Assembly (NCBI GenBank): GCA_043228905.1
Contig: JBHGNT010000001.1
Coordinates: forward strand, 3,162,001-3,226,000
Direction of reading: 5' to 3'
Origin: Azolla caroliniana
Lineage: Eukaryota; Plantae; Polypodiophyta
DNA length: 64,000 nt
Made by a program: the position numbers and the translations under genes. Below the pieces are notes generated by a model. The model had not been told where the DNA came from. It was given only the letters and a program-made list of their open reading frames with translations, and did no database searches. The stretch's first letter is position 1; each line of letters opens with the position of its first letter. Of this stretch, positions 13,201 to 25,902 are shown one piece after another.

Positions 13201-16200
13201 AAATATTCCTTTGTCCTATGTGGCATGAAACTCCAATAATTGTAATACTGCCTGTTGCATATTACCTTTTATAGTATCCAAAGAACCTCTGAGATTATGC
13301 ACAATCTCTGTCCAAATCCCAGTAACTATTTGAGCAGGTCTTTCTGTCACATTTTGGAATACCTTCAAAAATCTGGTCTTCCAAATATACCAAATAGTGA
13401 TATTACTTATGAATTGCCATATTTCAGGTTTACCAGTCTCTATTTGTTGATTCAGGGGTATAATTAGTTTTTGCATCAGACCATGTCTCATAGATAGAAC
13501 ATCTGCAACAGCCTCTTGTTCATATAACATTGGTTGACCTTGTATCACCGCCCATAATACCGCCCCCCCATGTATACACCGCTCGAGGATATACCGGTGT
13601 TAACAGTGTTATGACTCTTTTCCATATTTCCATCGCAAAAGCACAACTCCACAAACTGCTTAGCAGTCTCCACTAGATTTGTACAAAAAGGAGACATATT
13701 GTCATGTCTGCATCCACCTTCAAAATGGTTTAGGCCTGTTTTTGACACATTGACCATGTCAATATGTGAGGACATGACTAGTTGAAACGACTTAGGTCTA
13801 TCTCATATGATATAATCATCCAGAGAAGGAAGTAGATATACTAATGTACTTTTTGAGGCCAAAATAGCTTACTAGATTAAATGAGAGGTCACATCTTTAA
13901 ATCTTGTCTCATCTTGGAGAACAATCTAAAGTATGTATAAGTAAATTAGCAATACTGCTTAAGGTACTATACATACCTAAGCATTTAACATCCTGAACTT
14001 AGATGGACTGAACATAGGCCTGTCCAAGATGGAAAGGTCTTTGAAGTGAGGGAAGCACCTGTGGTGTCAAGCAATAATGGTCTGTGTTGTTGATCCCAAG
14101 GTTGAGGGGGTTGTTCTAGATAGATGTGTCCTATGTGCATGATAAACTGCCTTTGCCTGATCTATTGTATCCCCTTTCAAGTGTTGTGGTTGAGACCATA
14201 CTTGTGTAGCCCTTGCTTGACTCGTAGCATGAGTGATGGAGCTAGACAAAGTTATCAGGGTTCTTTGTTGATGAGCTGTTTTGGTTGTATTTTTGTCTTT
14301 CAACAACTTTCCAAATGTTTTGATTGAGGCCCTACTTGTGTAGCCCCTGCTTAACTTGTAGCATGACGAGTGATGGATCTAGACAAAGTTGTGAGGGTTC
14401 TTTGTTGATGAGCTGCTGTGGTTGTATTGTTGTCTTTCAACAACTTTTCTCTTTTTCTTGAGTTTTAGCAAGAGCGTTCCCCAGTCTCACTGGCTTTACT
14501 ATTCAATAATCTTGCCAAAGCCTTGTTGGAAGAGGATATGGCATCTCCCTTTTATGGTGGGTCAAACCCTTGTTTGAAGAGGCTATGATATCTCCATTGT
14601 ATTTCATAGAAAATAACACTACCAGGTCCTTTCTTCCCATGGATTTTCATGCATATATCCTGTCTCAATCTCTAACTGATGTGAAGATGTTTTCAGCTGC
14701 CCATCACTCTTAGGAATGCATGAGATAAACGTGGGATTATAAATGCATTTTGGAACATGTGTTTATAAAGGGCCTCATAATGGGCCATGTTCCTACCAAG
14801 AACAGTTGTGGGGCTGATCCACGTTGTTTCGTTGTACAATTGGATGCTATCATTTTAGATCACTCTATTCTTCTCCGTTTTGGTCATGTTCAAGTGGATA
14901 ATCCAAGATATATTGGAATAGAGACAATACATTTATATTTATGCCATATTCTGGGAAGCATTCTTTCATTTCAGCGTATTAATAACGATTATCTCTATGT
15001 TCAGCCAGCTGTTTTGACGGTATAACTGCCAATCTTTAGTATCTTTGATTTGGAAGCACCCAAAACTTTTGGATATGAGTCACTGCCTGGAATTTTACTC
15101 CAGTCATCATTGGAGCTGCTCCCATCTCCACTCAGATTATATTGTGGGGCATCAAAATTATTTTAATTTCTTTTAGGAGGTCAAAATGGCCTATGAGACG
15201 GAATGAGAGATTATATTTTCAAATTTTGTTTCATATTTGAAAACAACAATCTAAAATACGAACTAAATCAGTAAAGTTGCTTAAAGGTACAAGAACTTAA
15301 CATTCTGAGCTTAAATGGACTGAAACTTTTGCCTTATTTCATAAAAGTAACACAATGGCAAACATAAAGCTCTTCCTATTTCACATCCTGATGACACAAT
15401 CAGCACGCCCGTTCTTCCATAGATTTGCGTGCATATTTATCTCAATCTCTAGTGATATGAATAGATCCTCATGAAGAAGTGTTCTTTCTTCAGTTTAGAT
15501 CACTTAATTCTTTTCCATTGTGGACATGTCCAAATGTAGAGAATCCAAGCTATAATGGAATGGAGGTGATCGCAGTCATTCTTGGCTTTCAGCATACCAA
15601 CAACACTTATTTACACGTTCTGCCAGCTGATTTTATGGCAGATTTTCCAATCTTTGGCACATTTGCTTTCAGAGCTCCCAAGTTTTTTGGATACTGGTCA
15701 TTGATCAAAACATTGCCTTGATAACCTGCCTTGTTTCTTATCTGGGGTCCATCATTAAAACTAAAGATCTTTTCAAATCAGATGAGACAAATCATGATTA
15801 CAAATAAATGTGACATTAGGCTGCCACACTGATGCTTGTAAGCGAAGTACTCACATACAAAGTTTTCCTTAGTCTTGAGCTCTCCATATAACTTGTGAAG
15901 TTATCAGTATGCAAAGTGATTATCACTTTTACAGGCCCTGCTGGCCACCACTCTTCAGAATGGATGTTGAAATCTATGTATCTCTAATAGAAACATCCTA
16001 ATTGTCTTTGATCATAGAAGTCCATGCCTTGGGAGAGTGATCCAAGTAAACTGTGCAGTGACATAGATAGTGCTCCTCATACTTGGGCTTTGTATGGCAT
16101 AATGGATATATCCATTGTTTCAGGGGAATACCTTTATTTTTACCTATCTCTATCTCCCACAGATGTGATGTATAGATCTGTTTGAGACAGAGAGAGAGAT

Positions 16201-19200
16201 TTGAAGAGGTTTGCCCAGATGGATGTAGCTCAGTTGGTAAGGTTGCCCAATGGAAACCAGGTGGTCATGGGTTCAACCCCTACATTCCAGTGGCATCTAG
16301 TGAATTAAGAGATATATAAGAAGTATATAATAGAGAGGTGAGGAAGCTGGGTTTCGAACCCAGAACGCAGTGCTTGTAGTTCTAACAACTTACCACTTGG
16401 GTAAGGTAATTATGATAAAAAAAAGAGAGAGATTTGAAGAAGCCAAAATGGCCTATAAAACCAAACAAGAGATTACATCTTAAAATGTTGTCTCGTCTTA
16501 GAGAACAACAAACCAAAGTAAATGTAACTAACTAAAAAAGTAAATAGAAATACAATAAGATGTGATTAAAGAATCTTGTCATCTATACATGTAAGATTCT
16601 CAAGTCAGATATATTGTAATTTTGTCTTTGAAAGATCTCTAGCATAGATCGAACAAGAGAGAGTGAGAGAGAGAAATAAAGAAATAATAAAAATTACTTT
16701 TTACATCCATTTGGAGCAGGTTGATATTTTCATGGATGTAACTTTCGATACTGTGAGGCGAGATGTTGGACTTCTGCAGATAAAACTGCGTGGTTTAAAT
16801 TCCAAGTTGATGAGCAATAGAGTCTCAGCAACTGTAGCAGGGTCTATGGCAGAAGTCATTGCTCAACAATGTGAGGCTTCCATTCAAGTTTTGCAGTCTC
16901 TTTGTCAGCCCCATGCTTTTAGAGACAAAGTTTTGAATCATAAGGTTAGCGCATATTATCCACAAAGTATCATTTTCGGTATCTAGATAGTAATAGAAAG
17001 AAGCCAGTGATAGCGAGGTTGATTTGCTTTGAATAACAGAATCTCATGGTCCTATGGTCCTATGGTTTTCTGGAGATTACTGTTATACACATATAAATTG
17101 TTTTCTATGTAGGAGCTTTGTAAGAATGGTGGGCTCCTACGTCTTGTTTTAGCGGTTTTGAAACTACAAGTTCCAGTTCTACTGGCGGAGTCAAAATACC
17201 TGGTTTCATTAGTTGCACGTCTGAAATCAAAAATATTATCTCTGGTACTTACATATTTTTTTTAATGTTTTTTCATGTTATCAATATTTGAACCAGCTAT
17301 ATCTAACCCACATCCTGCTCTAGATGGTCAAATTTTGTGAGACAGAACCAGTCTCATTTCTTGATGAGGTTGCTGCAGATGTGACAACTATGCGTTTGGC
17401 AGAGATGGTTGCTTCAGAGGTACACATACTCTACTCATACTGTTTCTCTGAAGATTTGTACGTGATTGAGCCTTCTTTTAAGACTGAATATTCATTTCCA
17501 GGCTAAGAAACTTGTTGGTAGGGAATATCTTTTTCGTTTTGGGAATTAAGTGGCTTGCAAATATTATTTGAGGAAGGAAACAATACCATCCATTATTATT
17601 GATTTAATGTTTTATAAATCTGTAAAGTATTTTTGGCATACTGCACCATTATAGCTATCTTAAATTGAGAGATGTCCATTTAAAGGTTTTGTGTATAAAG
17701 CAATGTTAAAAAGTACTAGATCTAGCTATCACTCAATATATGAAAATGTCAACAAATGGAAGTAGAAAATTTCTAGACAATACCAAACATTTAGAAATGG
17801 AAAAATTGGGCTTTATTACAATAGCAATAAACATGTTTGTATGTTGATTTAATATGGAACTCTGCACCCTTAATATTTAAGATTAATTCCACGGTACAGG
17901 CTGAATATATAGAAGACTTTCTACGCATATGTTCCTGTGAGGGTGGTGAATAGGTGTCATGTGTTGGTTGTTTTATATGATTAATTCTCCACTAGAATAT
18001 ATAGAAGACTTTCTACGCATATGTTCCTGTGAGGGTGGTGAATAGGTGTCATGTGTTGGTTGTTTTATATGATTAATTCTCCACTAGTTGGCATTCTTTA
18101 ATATCAGACAAGACACATAATGAAAGGTGACATAGTTTATTGGGAATTCTTTGCTAATTTATTTGAAGTTTTTTGTCTACTTCAGGTTCTTTCTATTGTG
18201 AGGAGTGCTCTCCTAGAAGAACCCAAAGATGCTCAAGAACCTGATGATGATGATGATGATGATGAAGTGTCATCTGGTTTGTTGTATATACACGCAATGC
18301 GTTTGGCGGATATTTTCTCTGATGACTCAAATTTTCGAATCTTTGTAATGGATTTCCTTGTGGGTACAAGCTTTGTCAGTTGTTTTTTATATTTCTGGCA
18401 CATGAGATTGTTCTTGTTTCCAAACAGTTACAATATGCTAGTTGCATTTTTTAGGCACCAGATTTGACCAAAGTTTTGGCACAGTCCCCAACAGTATTTT
18501 CGTTGAGATGGTGTGCCACTTCAGGGACCGATGAAATCAAGTCAGGATCTGATTCTGTGTTGATATATGATCCATTTAAAGCTGCAGGAGCAGCTATGCA
18601 TTCTTTCAAAAGTTCTGGGGGACCCACAAGGGCATTGGGAAGTAATGCAGCTGTACTGGCAGATGAATCATCTGGTTGTTCATTGTCTGCAGGACAGCTG
18701 CAATTCACTTCTTATTCCCAAGAAAGATCCGCTTTATTTATAAAGATCGTGGCAAATCTGCACTGCTTCAATCCTGAGATATGCCCTGGTTGGTCCCATG
18801 TAACTTCAAAGTGTTGCTTATATTGGCTTTAATATTCCTATGTATCGTGTACACACATGAAACACACATGCAATTAAAATGTAAAGATTCTATATTAATT
18901 GTGAAATTACTGCTTTGGCTTATGACCAAATGCAGTTACTATTCAGACCAATTCCAAGCACATTTGTCATTACATCTGTTTCTTGAGAAGTTTTGATTAT
19001 CAATTGGCTCGCAACTTTTTATTTTCACTGATCCTATTTTTCTTTTGTTTTGCAGCGGATGAAAAAGATCGGTTTCTGAATTTATTTATTGAGTGTCTAG
19101 TTGTTGGGCCTTTTACCCCAGGGAACAGTGCATTTTTTCTTAGTACTGTTCAGACAGCTGTTCGTGTTTGTGAGAACCTTTGTAAGGCAGCTATTATTTC

Positions 19201-22200
19201 TCTATCCTCATTTTCTGATGTGTTATCATAATATATCATGCTACATCTATCAGATGGCATGTAGCATAGATTATGAGTACAGTTTATATATATGTCTGCA
19301 TTAGTGCATTGAGTTAATTCTAGTGTTTGAATTGCGCATGTAGAATTTTCAATCAAAAAATAATTCTATTTTTTCCAGTTATGTTGCTTGATCATGTGTC
19401 ATCACTTTCATCTGAAGCAGTGATTGATGAAGACTTGCAACTGGTCAGGTACTTGTTTCATTAGCATCACCTATTGCTTATTCTGTCATGGAAAATTCTT
19501 ATTGATTTGTCACTTACGTTGCACACTTTATTGAATGGATTAGAGTAGGTTTTTTGAGGCTAATAGGTGGTTTCATCGTTTTCTTACAGCAATTTTTATT
19601 ATGCACTTCATGATGCCATTTGCCCTACAGAAACTTTGGAACCCATGCAAGTTAGTAGAATCCTTGATCTAGCTATTCTAAGTGTTTTGTCTTCGTTTGC
19701 TTGGAGGTTTTTGAAAGTATACTTTTCTATAGGAGGATCCAGTTGTGGCTTATGTGAGGGATGCACATGAGCAAAAGCGCAAAGCTCTTCTAACTCAATG
19801 GCAGAAGTCAGAACGTTGGAAAAGAGTACATTTATTTGAGCCAAGTGATGCCAAAGAACAAAGCAATGGTGGAAGCTCTGTAAACAAAACTGCCAGTAAC
19901 TCTTCATCAAGCCACCCAGATGCTAATGATCGTGATGCTAGTGAGTTTGCTGAGGTATGTTTTTTTGAAAGCAACATCATTATGTGGGATATAAAGAAGC
20001 TGTTTAAAAAACTGCCTGTTTAAATGGCTGTAATAAGACAGCCGAAATATTTTCCACTTGTACAGTCCACGATCTATCTGCAATAAAAGAGGTTTTGGGG
20101 ATTGCGTAAGTGATCTGATGGGAGAACTCAAGCATACAAGAAATTAGGTTTTGCAGAAGGCTGAATCATGTCAAGTTGAAGTAATCAGAGTTAACTCATA
20201 ATGGCATATTTTAATGTTAAAAAGTCTATAGGTTATCTTGAGCAGATAGTTTGCGACATAAGATATATTTCTTATATCTTCTTCCAATCACGGCTGTAAC
20301 GTACACAGCATACCATACGCTTATAATATGTACTCTCAGTACTTACCAAGTATTCGACATTTTTTTATAAGTACTTAAAATACGTATTCTAAAGATATAA
20401 TGCATCAAATATGTAGAATATCTTTAGTGTGTTGTTTACTTCTAATATCAATAGCAGCAAGTTGGATCTTGACATGTGTTTTTACTCACTTTTATCAGAT
20501 CTTAGTGACATTGTGCACATTCACTTGAGGGTCTCACCAGTAAAATTATTTAAATACCTTTATCAGATCTTAGTGATAATGTGAAGACTGAGATGGTTAA
20601 GACAGATCAGAATGCAAGCTGCAACAAATTGAAGAAAGAGAAGCAAAAGGAGGATGTGTTGCCAAAACTTCCTATTATCTATTTTTTTCCCCTTTCTTCA
20701 AAATAAACCTAAAAGAAATTACAATAATTGGTCCAAGTTTTATTATTATAAAAATGGCAGCTCTAAAAGGTCGAATATGTTTTAATACGTGTGAGTAATC
20801 TAAAACGTATTCAGTGTGTAGAATACATGTATTCAAACAATTATGCTTCCAATGCGCAGATATAACATCTTATATGTATGTTTTCATTACTCTGATGGGT
20901 GAAGGCTATTGTGAATCATGGAGCATTGATTTAAATTTATACAGACATGCTCATTTCAATGTTTTGAAGAGGTTTTATGTTACCTGATAACAGGAAGCTC
21001 AGAAGCTAGGTCAACAATTTATGGCAAAGAGAAAAAGAGATGCTTTTGAGTCAGTGACTGATGCTGTAGTGACAAGGAAACAAGAATACGATAATCATTG
21101 TTCGGAAGGGGATGCAAGAAAAGCATGCAATTTTGAAGGAGCAGAAAAGTATGTGAAAATTGTCGAAGACAAGATTGAAATCCATAGAAATCCAATCCAT
21201 AATGCTTGTATAATAAATAAAAGCAACATAAATAATGCAGAACTATTATCTAGGGGAATCACAGGGAATTTTAAAGTGACAGTTAGTCAACCTGAAGATG
21301 AACAGTTGTGTGGTGGAAGTAGAATGACATCAAGTGAAAGGGATGCTATTAGACCTGTCTGTATAGAAGGATTGCAGGTCCAAGCAGTGTCTCAAAAAAT
21401 AGATTTGAAACCCTTTTCCAAAGGTATTTCTGAAGATAAAATTTCCTCTCAAACTGAGCACAAAAAGCCATTGGATAGAGAGGAAGCACGTATAAATATA
21501 GAAGAAACCACAATTAAAAGGCCATATACAGATATTTCTTGGCATGAAGAGAGAGAGCCCTTTCCCAGGGGTCATTCATCTGCTTCAGATTTTTTTCTCA
21601 CAGGGAATTTGGTAGACACTGGAAATGTCAACTTAGGAAAGAGCATAGAAACTCGAAGTACAGATGCAACACCACCTCTTAGTCCCGTCAAATCTTTGGT
21701 TGATCCTGTAGGATCTGTAAATGAAGATGTAATGATGAATCATAACAAGCAGATTTCTGTAACAACTAATGTGACAGAGAATGCATTGTCATTGAACAGT
21801 GGAAGTGATGATATCCTTCCAGAGAAGATGAATTATGCTATCAATGTGACTGCAGATAAGAAGCTTTCAGAAACGGCACACTGTTATAAATATCAAAACA
21901 GGGATTTCTCTAAAGAATTTGAGAGTACAGAACATAGAAATAGCAGTTTCTCACAGGATTTTCCTGGAAATCCTGCAGAAGGAGAGGTACTTGGTGTACA
22001 GGAGATCAGTTTTGATTTGAAACTGAGAGCAGATGATCCTGCTACGTGTACTGGAAATTGCACTGAACTTGGAAATGAAGATAAAAAATGTGAGTTTGGG
22101 AGACTTTCCGATGTGTCAAGATTTTTACATGTGCAACATATTCAGGATATATCAGGGACTGCGAAGGAATCATCTGAGATTTTTGCTCCAGAATCTTTGT

Positions 22201-23025
22201 GTACAGATCCCATACAGGTAAAGAATGATTCCATTCTATGCACTGCAGAAACCTTTCAGGTTTCTGTCCCAATTTCTACCCAGGTATATGCTAGTGGAGA
22301 AGCTTTTGCCTATGGTGCAAACGATTCTCGAATTACAGGTGCTCCTGACATTTCTGGAGTTTCCACAATATTGGAAGGAAGTAATGCAGTTGGAGCTTTA
22401 CCAAACAGAGTTATGAAAGATACGTCAGAAGAGATTCAACCAAGAAAAAGGAAAAGAAACATCATGAATCAAACACAGATGATTGTCATGGAGAATGCAC
22501 TGAAGACTGAACCATACATGCGAAGACACCCTGAACTTATAAAGCAATGGACAAACAAACTGAATAAGATGGTAATTTAAAGCTTGTGTTTACATAGTGC
22601 ATTCACTGACTCTGCTCAATTTAGTGTGGAAAATGATTGTCTATTCACAAGAACAAATATTTATCTTGATAATTTTGCAGGGTCCTGAACTTTCATATCA
22701 GCAGCTTAAGAACTGGTAAGGGATCCCATTAATACTATAATCTTCAGTTTTGTTTGTGCTTCCCTGAAGGCCAGAACCTCTAATTGACTATCCATGTTAT
22801 GATTTTCAATCATAATTGATTTGCTCCTCTCTCCTCTCCTGTGGAGTTATTTTTGTCAATTTATTGATTTGTTATTTTCTCTCCCCAATTATAGTTTGAT
22901 CTTCAGTTTTTTTTTGTGCTTCCCCAAAGTCCTGAAACTCTAGTAGCCTATCCATGTTATGATTTTCAATCATTATTGCTTTGCCTCTCCTCTCATGTGG
23001 AGCAATTTTTGTCCATTTATTGATT

Positions 23026-23064
<39 letters not shown>

Positions 23065-24070
23065 ATAGCGTAAGTCTTATTTTATTTTATTTGTACTTTC
23101 GATGAATGGGTAAATACCCCAATTTTGTTGTAAACCAATTGTCTCATGGGCCAATTTTGGTCTTAGAAGACGTTAATATATCTTTCTTTCTTTCTTTCTC
23201 TCTCTCTCGGCCCTGTGGATGTTAAAAATATATCTATCTATTTATCCCCTATGTATTCAGTTTTATCATTCTACTAATCCTTAAGGAAAGCATAAGAAGT
23301 GAGGTTTCATATTTTGTTTTTGGTACAATGCTTCTTTTTTCTTACTGTTCAGGCTAAACAACAGAAAGGCTCGGCTTGCACGCCATCGAACTGGAGAAGT
23401 ATCGGTTGATATCCGCATGCCCATATACAGTCATGATACATCTGGACCTGGTAGCAGCACATGCAGTGGAAGCTCCAATGATCCAAATAGATCCACGTCT
23501 GATGATGGTGCAAACACTAGGGATTCTGGAAGCACCTTACAAACTAAAATGCATCCTTCAAGTATGATCCATATCCCACAATGCAAATTTGCAACGGAGG
23601 ACATGGATGCAATTATGGACATCGATGTGAATGCTGCTCACATCAGATCTAGCATCTCAGTGGATGATAATCTTGCTAACAGATCTGTTTTCCACGACCA
23701 AGATTCCAGCTATGGGAAGTATGTACCTGAAACTGTTACAGAACTTGATATGGCTTCTGGATCATATTCTCAGAGATCAGCTGTTGTCAAGTTTGTGAAG
23801 TGCGAAGCTGGCCAATTTGTATCCCTTTTGGACAAGGATGGCAAGGAAGCTGCAACAGGAACTCTGCATCAGGTAGAAGGGAATTGGCAAGGTAAACGGA
23901 TTGATGAGCATGGTATTTGCATAGTCAAGATCATGAATTTGAATGTCGATAGGAATACCATGCTTCCACATCCATCACTTCTAACAGGGCAGACCTTTGA
24001 GGAGGCTGAGAAGTTATATGGACAGATGCTAGTAGCGTGGGATACCAAGCGAATTTTTCTGATCAGTTGA
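10263..24070 (+). CDS. NDX: NODULIN HOMEOBOX protein, ~17 exons, roughly 1,440 aa by my exon sum
   Basis: GT-AG exons at about 10263-10319, 11376-11504, 11595-11750, 12150-12233, 12327-12455, 16720-16944, 17113-17244, 17324-17419, 18186-18359, 18455-18788, 19056-19181, 19379-19448, 19590-19650, 19733-19954, 20994-22571, 22681-22715 and 23353-24070. NDX motifs: 'VEELHNLSAKEMNKLLRDS', 'LPLHLLA...RYLLRGVRLLHSLSDLA.RHPKLEQ', 'RLADIFSDDSNFR', 'KIVANLHCFNPEIC', atypical homeodomain 'RKRKRNIMN...QQLKNWLNNRKARLAR', and C-terminal NDX-B 'GQFVSLLD...QVEGNWQG...LVAWD'. Confidence 0.93.
13130..13548 (-). mobile_element. 5'-truncated L1-like LINE 3' end in NDX intron 5
   Basis: ORF 13216-13548 reads 'IWQFISNITIWYIWKTRFLKVFQN...IVTGIWTEIVHNLRG', typical of a LINE ORF2 C-terminus. 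Confidence 0.75.
13850..15130 (-). mobile_element. Decayed RTE-like LINE 3' portion, copy A (interrupted by unrelated sequence ~14040-14620)
   Basis: Minus strand gives 'VTHIQKFWVLPNQRY*RLA...YAEMKECF' and 'GQLKTSSHQLEIETG...PWEERT'. The 3' end at ~13850-14010 is shared with copies B and C. Confidence 0.7.
14198..14448. repeat. Tandem duplication, ~135-bp unit x2
   Basis: 'tacttgtgtagccc.tgctt...gagtgatgga.ctagacaaagtt...gggttctttgttgatgagctg...gtctttcaacaacttt' appears twice. Confidence 0.85.
15170..15740 (-). mobile_element. Decayed RTE-like LINE 3' portion, copy B
   Basis: Minus strand gives 'CCWYAESQE', 'PPFHYSLDSLHLDMSTMEKN' and the C-terminal Cys/His motif 'EERAC*LCHQDVK*EELYVCHC'. 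Nucleotide-similar to copy A. Confidence 0.7.
16208..16423 (+). mobile_element. tRNA-derived SINE with two convergent tRNA-like modules (full-length copy)
   Basis: Head: A box TAGCTCAGTTGG and B box GGTTCAACCCC. Antisense module: ACCCAAGTGG...GGTTCGAAACCC. Poly-A tail and perfect 17-bp TSD agagagagatttgaaga (16191-16207 / 16424-16440). Confidence 0.92.
16438..16530 (-). mobile_element. 3'-end remnant of the same RTE-like LINE, copy C
   Basis: 'gccaaaatggcctat...gagattacatctt.aaat.ttgtctc.tctt.gagaacaa' matches ~13857 and ~15180. Confidence 0.6.
17903..18087. repeat. Perfect 92-bp tandem duplication in an NDX intron
   Basis: 'gaatatatagaagactttctacgc...gattaattctccacta' is repeated identically at 17903 and 17995. 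Confidence 0.95.
22741..23062. repeat. Diverged ~160-bp tandem duplication plus (CT)n in the last NDX intron
   Basis: 'tcttcagtttt...tgtgcttccc...ctatccatgttatgattttcaatcat...gtggag...tttattgattt' occurs twice. Confidence 0.85.
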
Positions 24071-25364
24071 TGCATAATATATTCTTGTTATCACTGAATT
24101 TTCGGCATCTGTCTGTAGCTTACAAGCTTCGTACATGTAATATTATTCGAATGTGACTGGTCCATTTGTCTTGCTCAAGCTTCAGAGGAGTGTTTAGCAG
24201 GAAAGCAGCTTGGTATGATAATGACCTGAAGTTACGTTCTCTCACACCTTTCCAAATTTGAGAGGTTGTCCTGGTTCTTTACATTACTTCTGCAAATATG
24301 CCCTGGTGTGAATGTATATCCAGACATGGACTTGATTACTCAAACGAGTAGCCATAGCTCATATGTAATGTTCATGAATAGTAAAAGAAACAAAAATATA
24401 GGCTCCTCTAGTTCATTGTGATTGGAACTTCTTGGGATGAGCCATGAAGTGGCCTAATTTTCACAATGTATATGTATCCTCTGTATTATTAAAAGATCAT
24501 ATGTACCGTTCATAGAAAATATCTCTGGCTCATCTCCACTTTTGTTGTGGGATGGTTGCTACATATGGTACATTGGAAACAAATTGATGTTACCAAATCA
24601 TATGTTTGTCTATGAAATCACCCTTCAACATTAAAACAATCTGTCACAAACCAATTGCAAATAAAATTAGTGCTATGAAGTTCTCATTGACGATCAAGAT
24701 TGCGTCTTGCAACCATAGGTGATTGATGATGTTATTCTTACCCAATCAAGCTGCCAACTTTTGCAAAGGATACCAACACCATGTAAATTTGCTGAACAAA
24801 GTAACTAAGCCCATAAGTTGTCAAAATTGCATGCCTTTATTTATTTGGTGATACATACATATTTTTCAATCTCAGTTTGGCACATTGCCTAACACAACTT
24901 AAGGTTGGACTTGTAGATACAAGGCTAACTCAATGTCTATTGCTACTGATGGGTTTATATTGATAATGGATTCTTGATGATGTTTGCATGGTTCTATGCA
25001 TTTGCCATTCTTTGCTAGGGGAGGCTAAAATTAGAGATCTAATAACACATGTATTGGTTGGTAAGGTAGTTTTTTGGGCGAACCCTTGTTTTATCTCACG
25101 TATGTAGCCTCCACGTGTGCACTTGTTTTTTGACCTTTGAAGTAATCATACTAGTGTATGAATCAAGAATATTCCATTTTTTCCCAATTGGGAAAAGGAA
25201 TAGTAACATATGGATTGATAGAATGGAAGTGAAGCTTGCATGTATTTAAAATCAACTCCAAAGAATTGATCGAAGGAACACGAAAAAACTTAAACATAGA
25301 TGTAATCATATGAGTCAACAATCATTGTCGTCAATGACGTCATCATTATTGGCGTGTCACGTAT

Positions 25365-25570
25365 CTTTATCTTGTAATTAGCTCACCCTAGTGGTAAGTT
25401 GTTACACTACAAGCCACTATGTCTTGGGTTCGAAACCCAATTTTACCTACCTCTCTATTATATAGTTTATACATATCTCTTAATTCATTAGATGCAACCA
25501 TGGAATGTAGGGGTCGAACCCATGACCTCCATTGGGCAACCTTACCAAATGAGCTACATCGATCTGGGCA
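25365..25570 (-). mobile_element. SINE copy (same two-module family)
   Basis: Reverse complement aligns with 16208-16423 ('ccctagtggtaagttgtta...gggttcgaaaccc...gggcaaccttacca.atgagctacatc.atctgggca'). Confidence 0.85.
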
Positions 25571-25585
25571 TTCCCTCTCTCTATC

Positions 25586-25804
25586 TTTTTTATTATCATA
25601 AGTACCTTACCCTAGTGGTAAGTTGTTACACTACCAACATTAGTGTTGTCTTGGGTTTGAAACCCAATTATCTCACCTCTCTATTAGATACTTCATACAT
25701 ATCTCTTTTAATTCACTAGATGCCATTGTGGAATGTAGGGGTTGAACCCATGATCACCTGGTCTCCATTGGGCAACCTTACCAACTGAGCTACATCCATT
25801 GGGC
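25586..25804 (-). mobile_element. SINE copy (same family), adjacent to the previous copy
   Basis: Poly-T at 25586, both tRNA-like modules present, head 'ccttaccaactgagctacatcca'; flanked by CT repeats. Confidence 0.9.
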
Positions 25805-25902
25805 TCTCTCTCTCTCTCTCTCTCCATCTCAATTGTTTTCAATTAGCCATTACAAGGTCAGAAAGATGGGCCTTTATTCCGCTGTTCGATTTTTTGGCAA
25901 TG

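Noticed and set aside
13546-13612. GC-rich patch resembling a DNA transposon end
   Set aside because: No matching second terminus was found in the window.
16219-16290. tRNA gene (tRNA-Ala-like start GGATGTAGCTCAGTTGGTA)
   Set aside because: There is no proper anticodon arm, and it is part of a repeated element with a poly-A tail and TSD, so it is a SINE head.
20250-20900. Possible MITE in an NDX intron ('tacgtattc'-rich ends)
   Set aside because: I could not define convincing TIRs or a TSD by eye.
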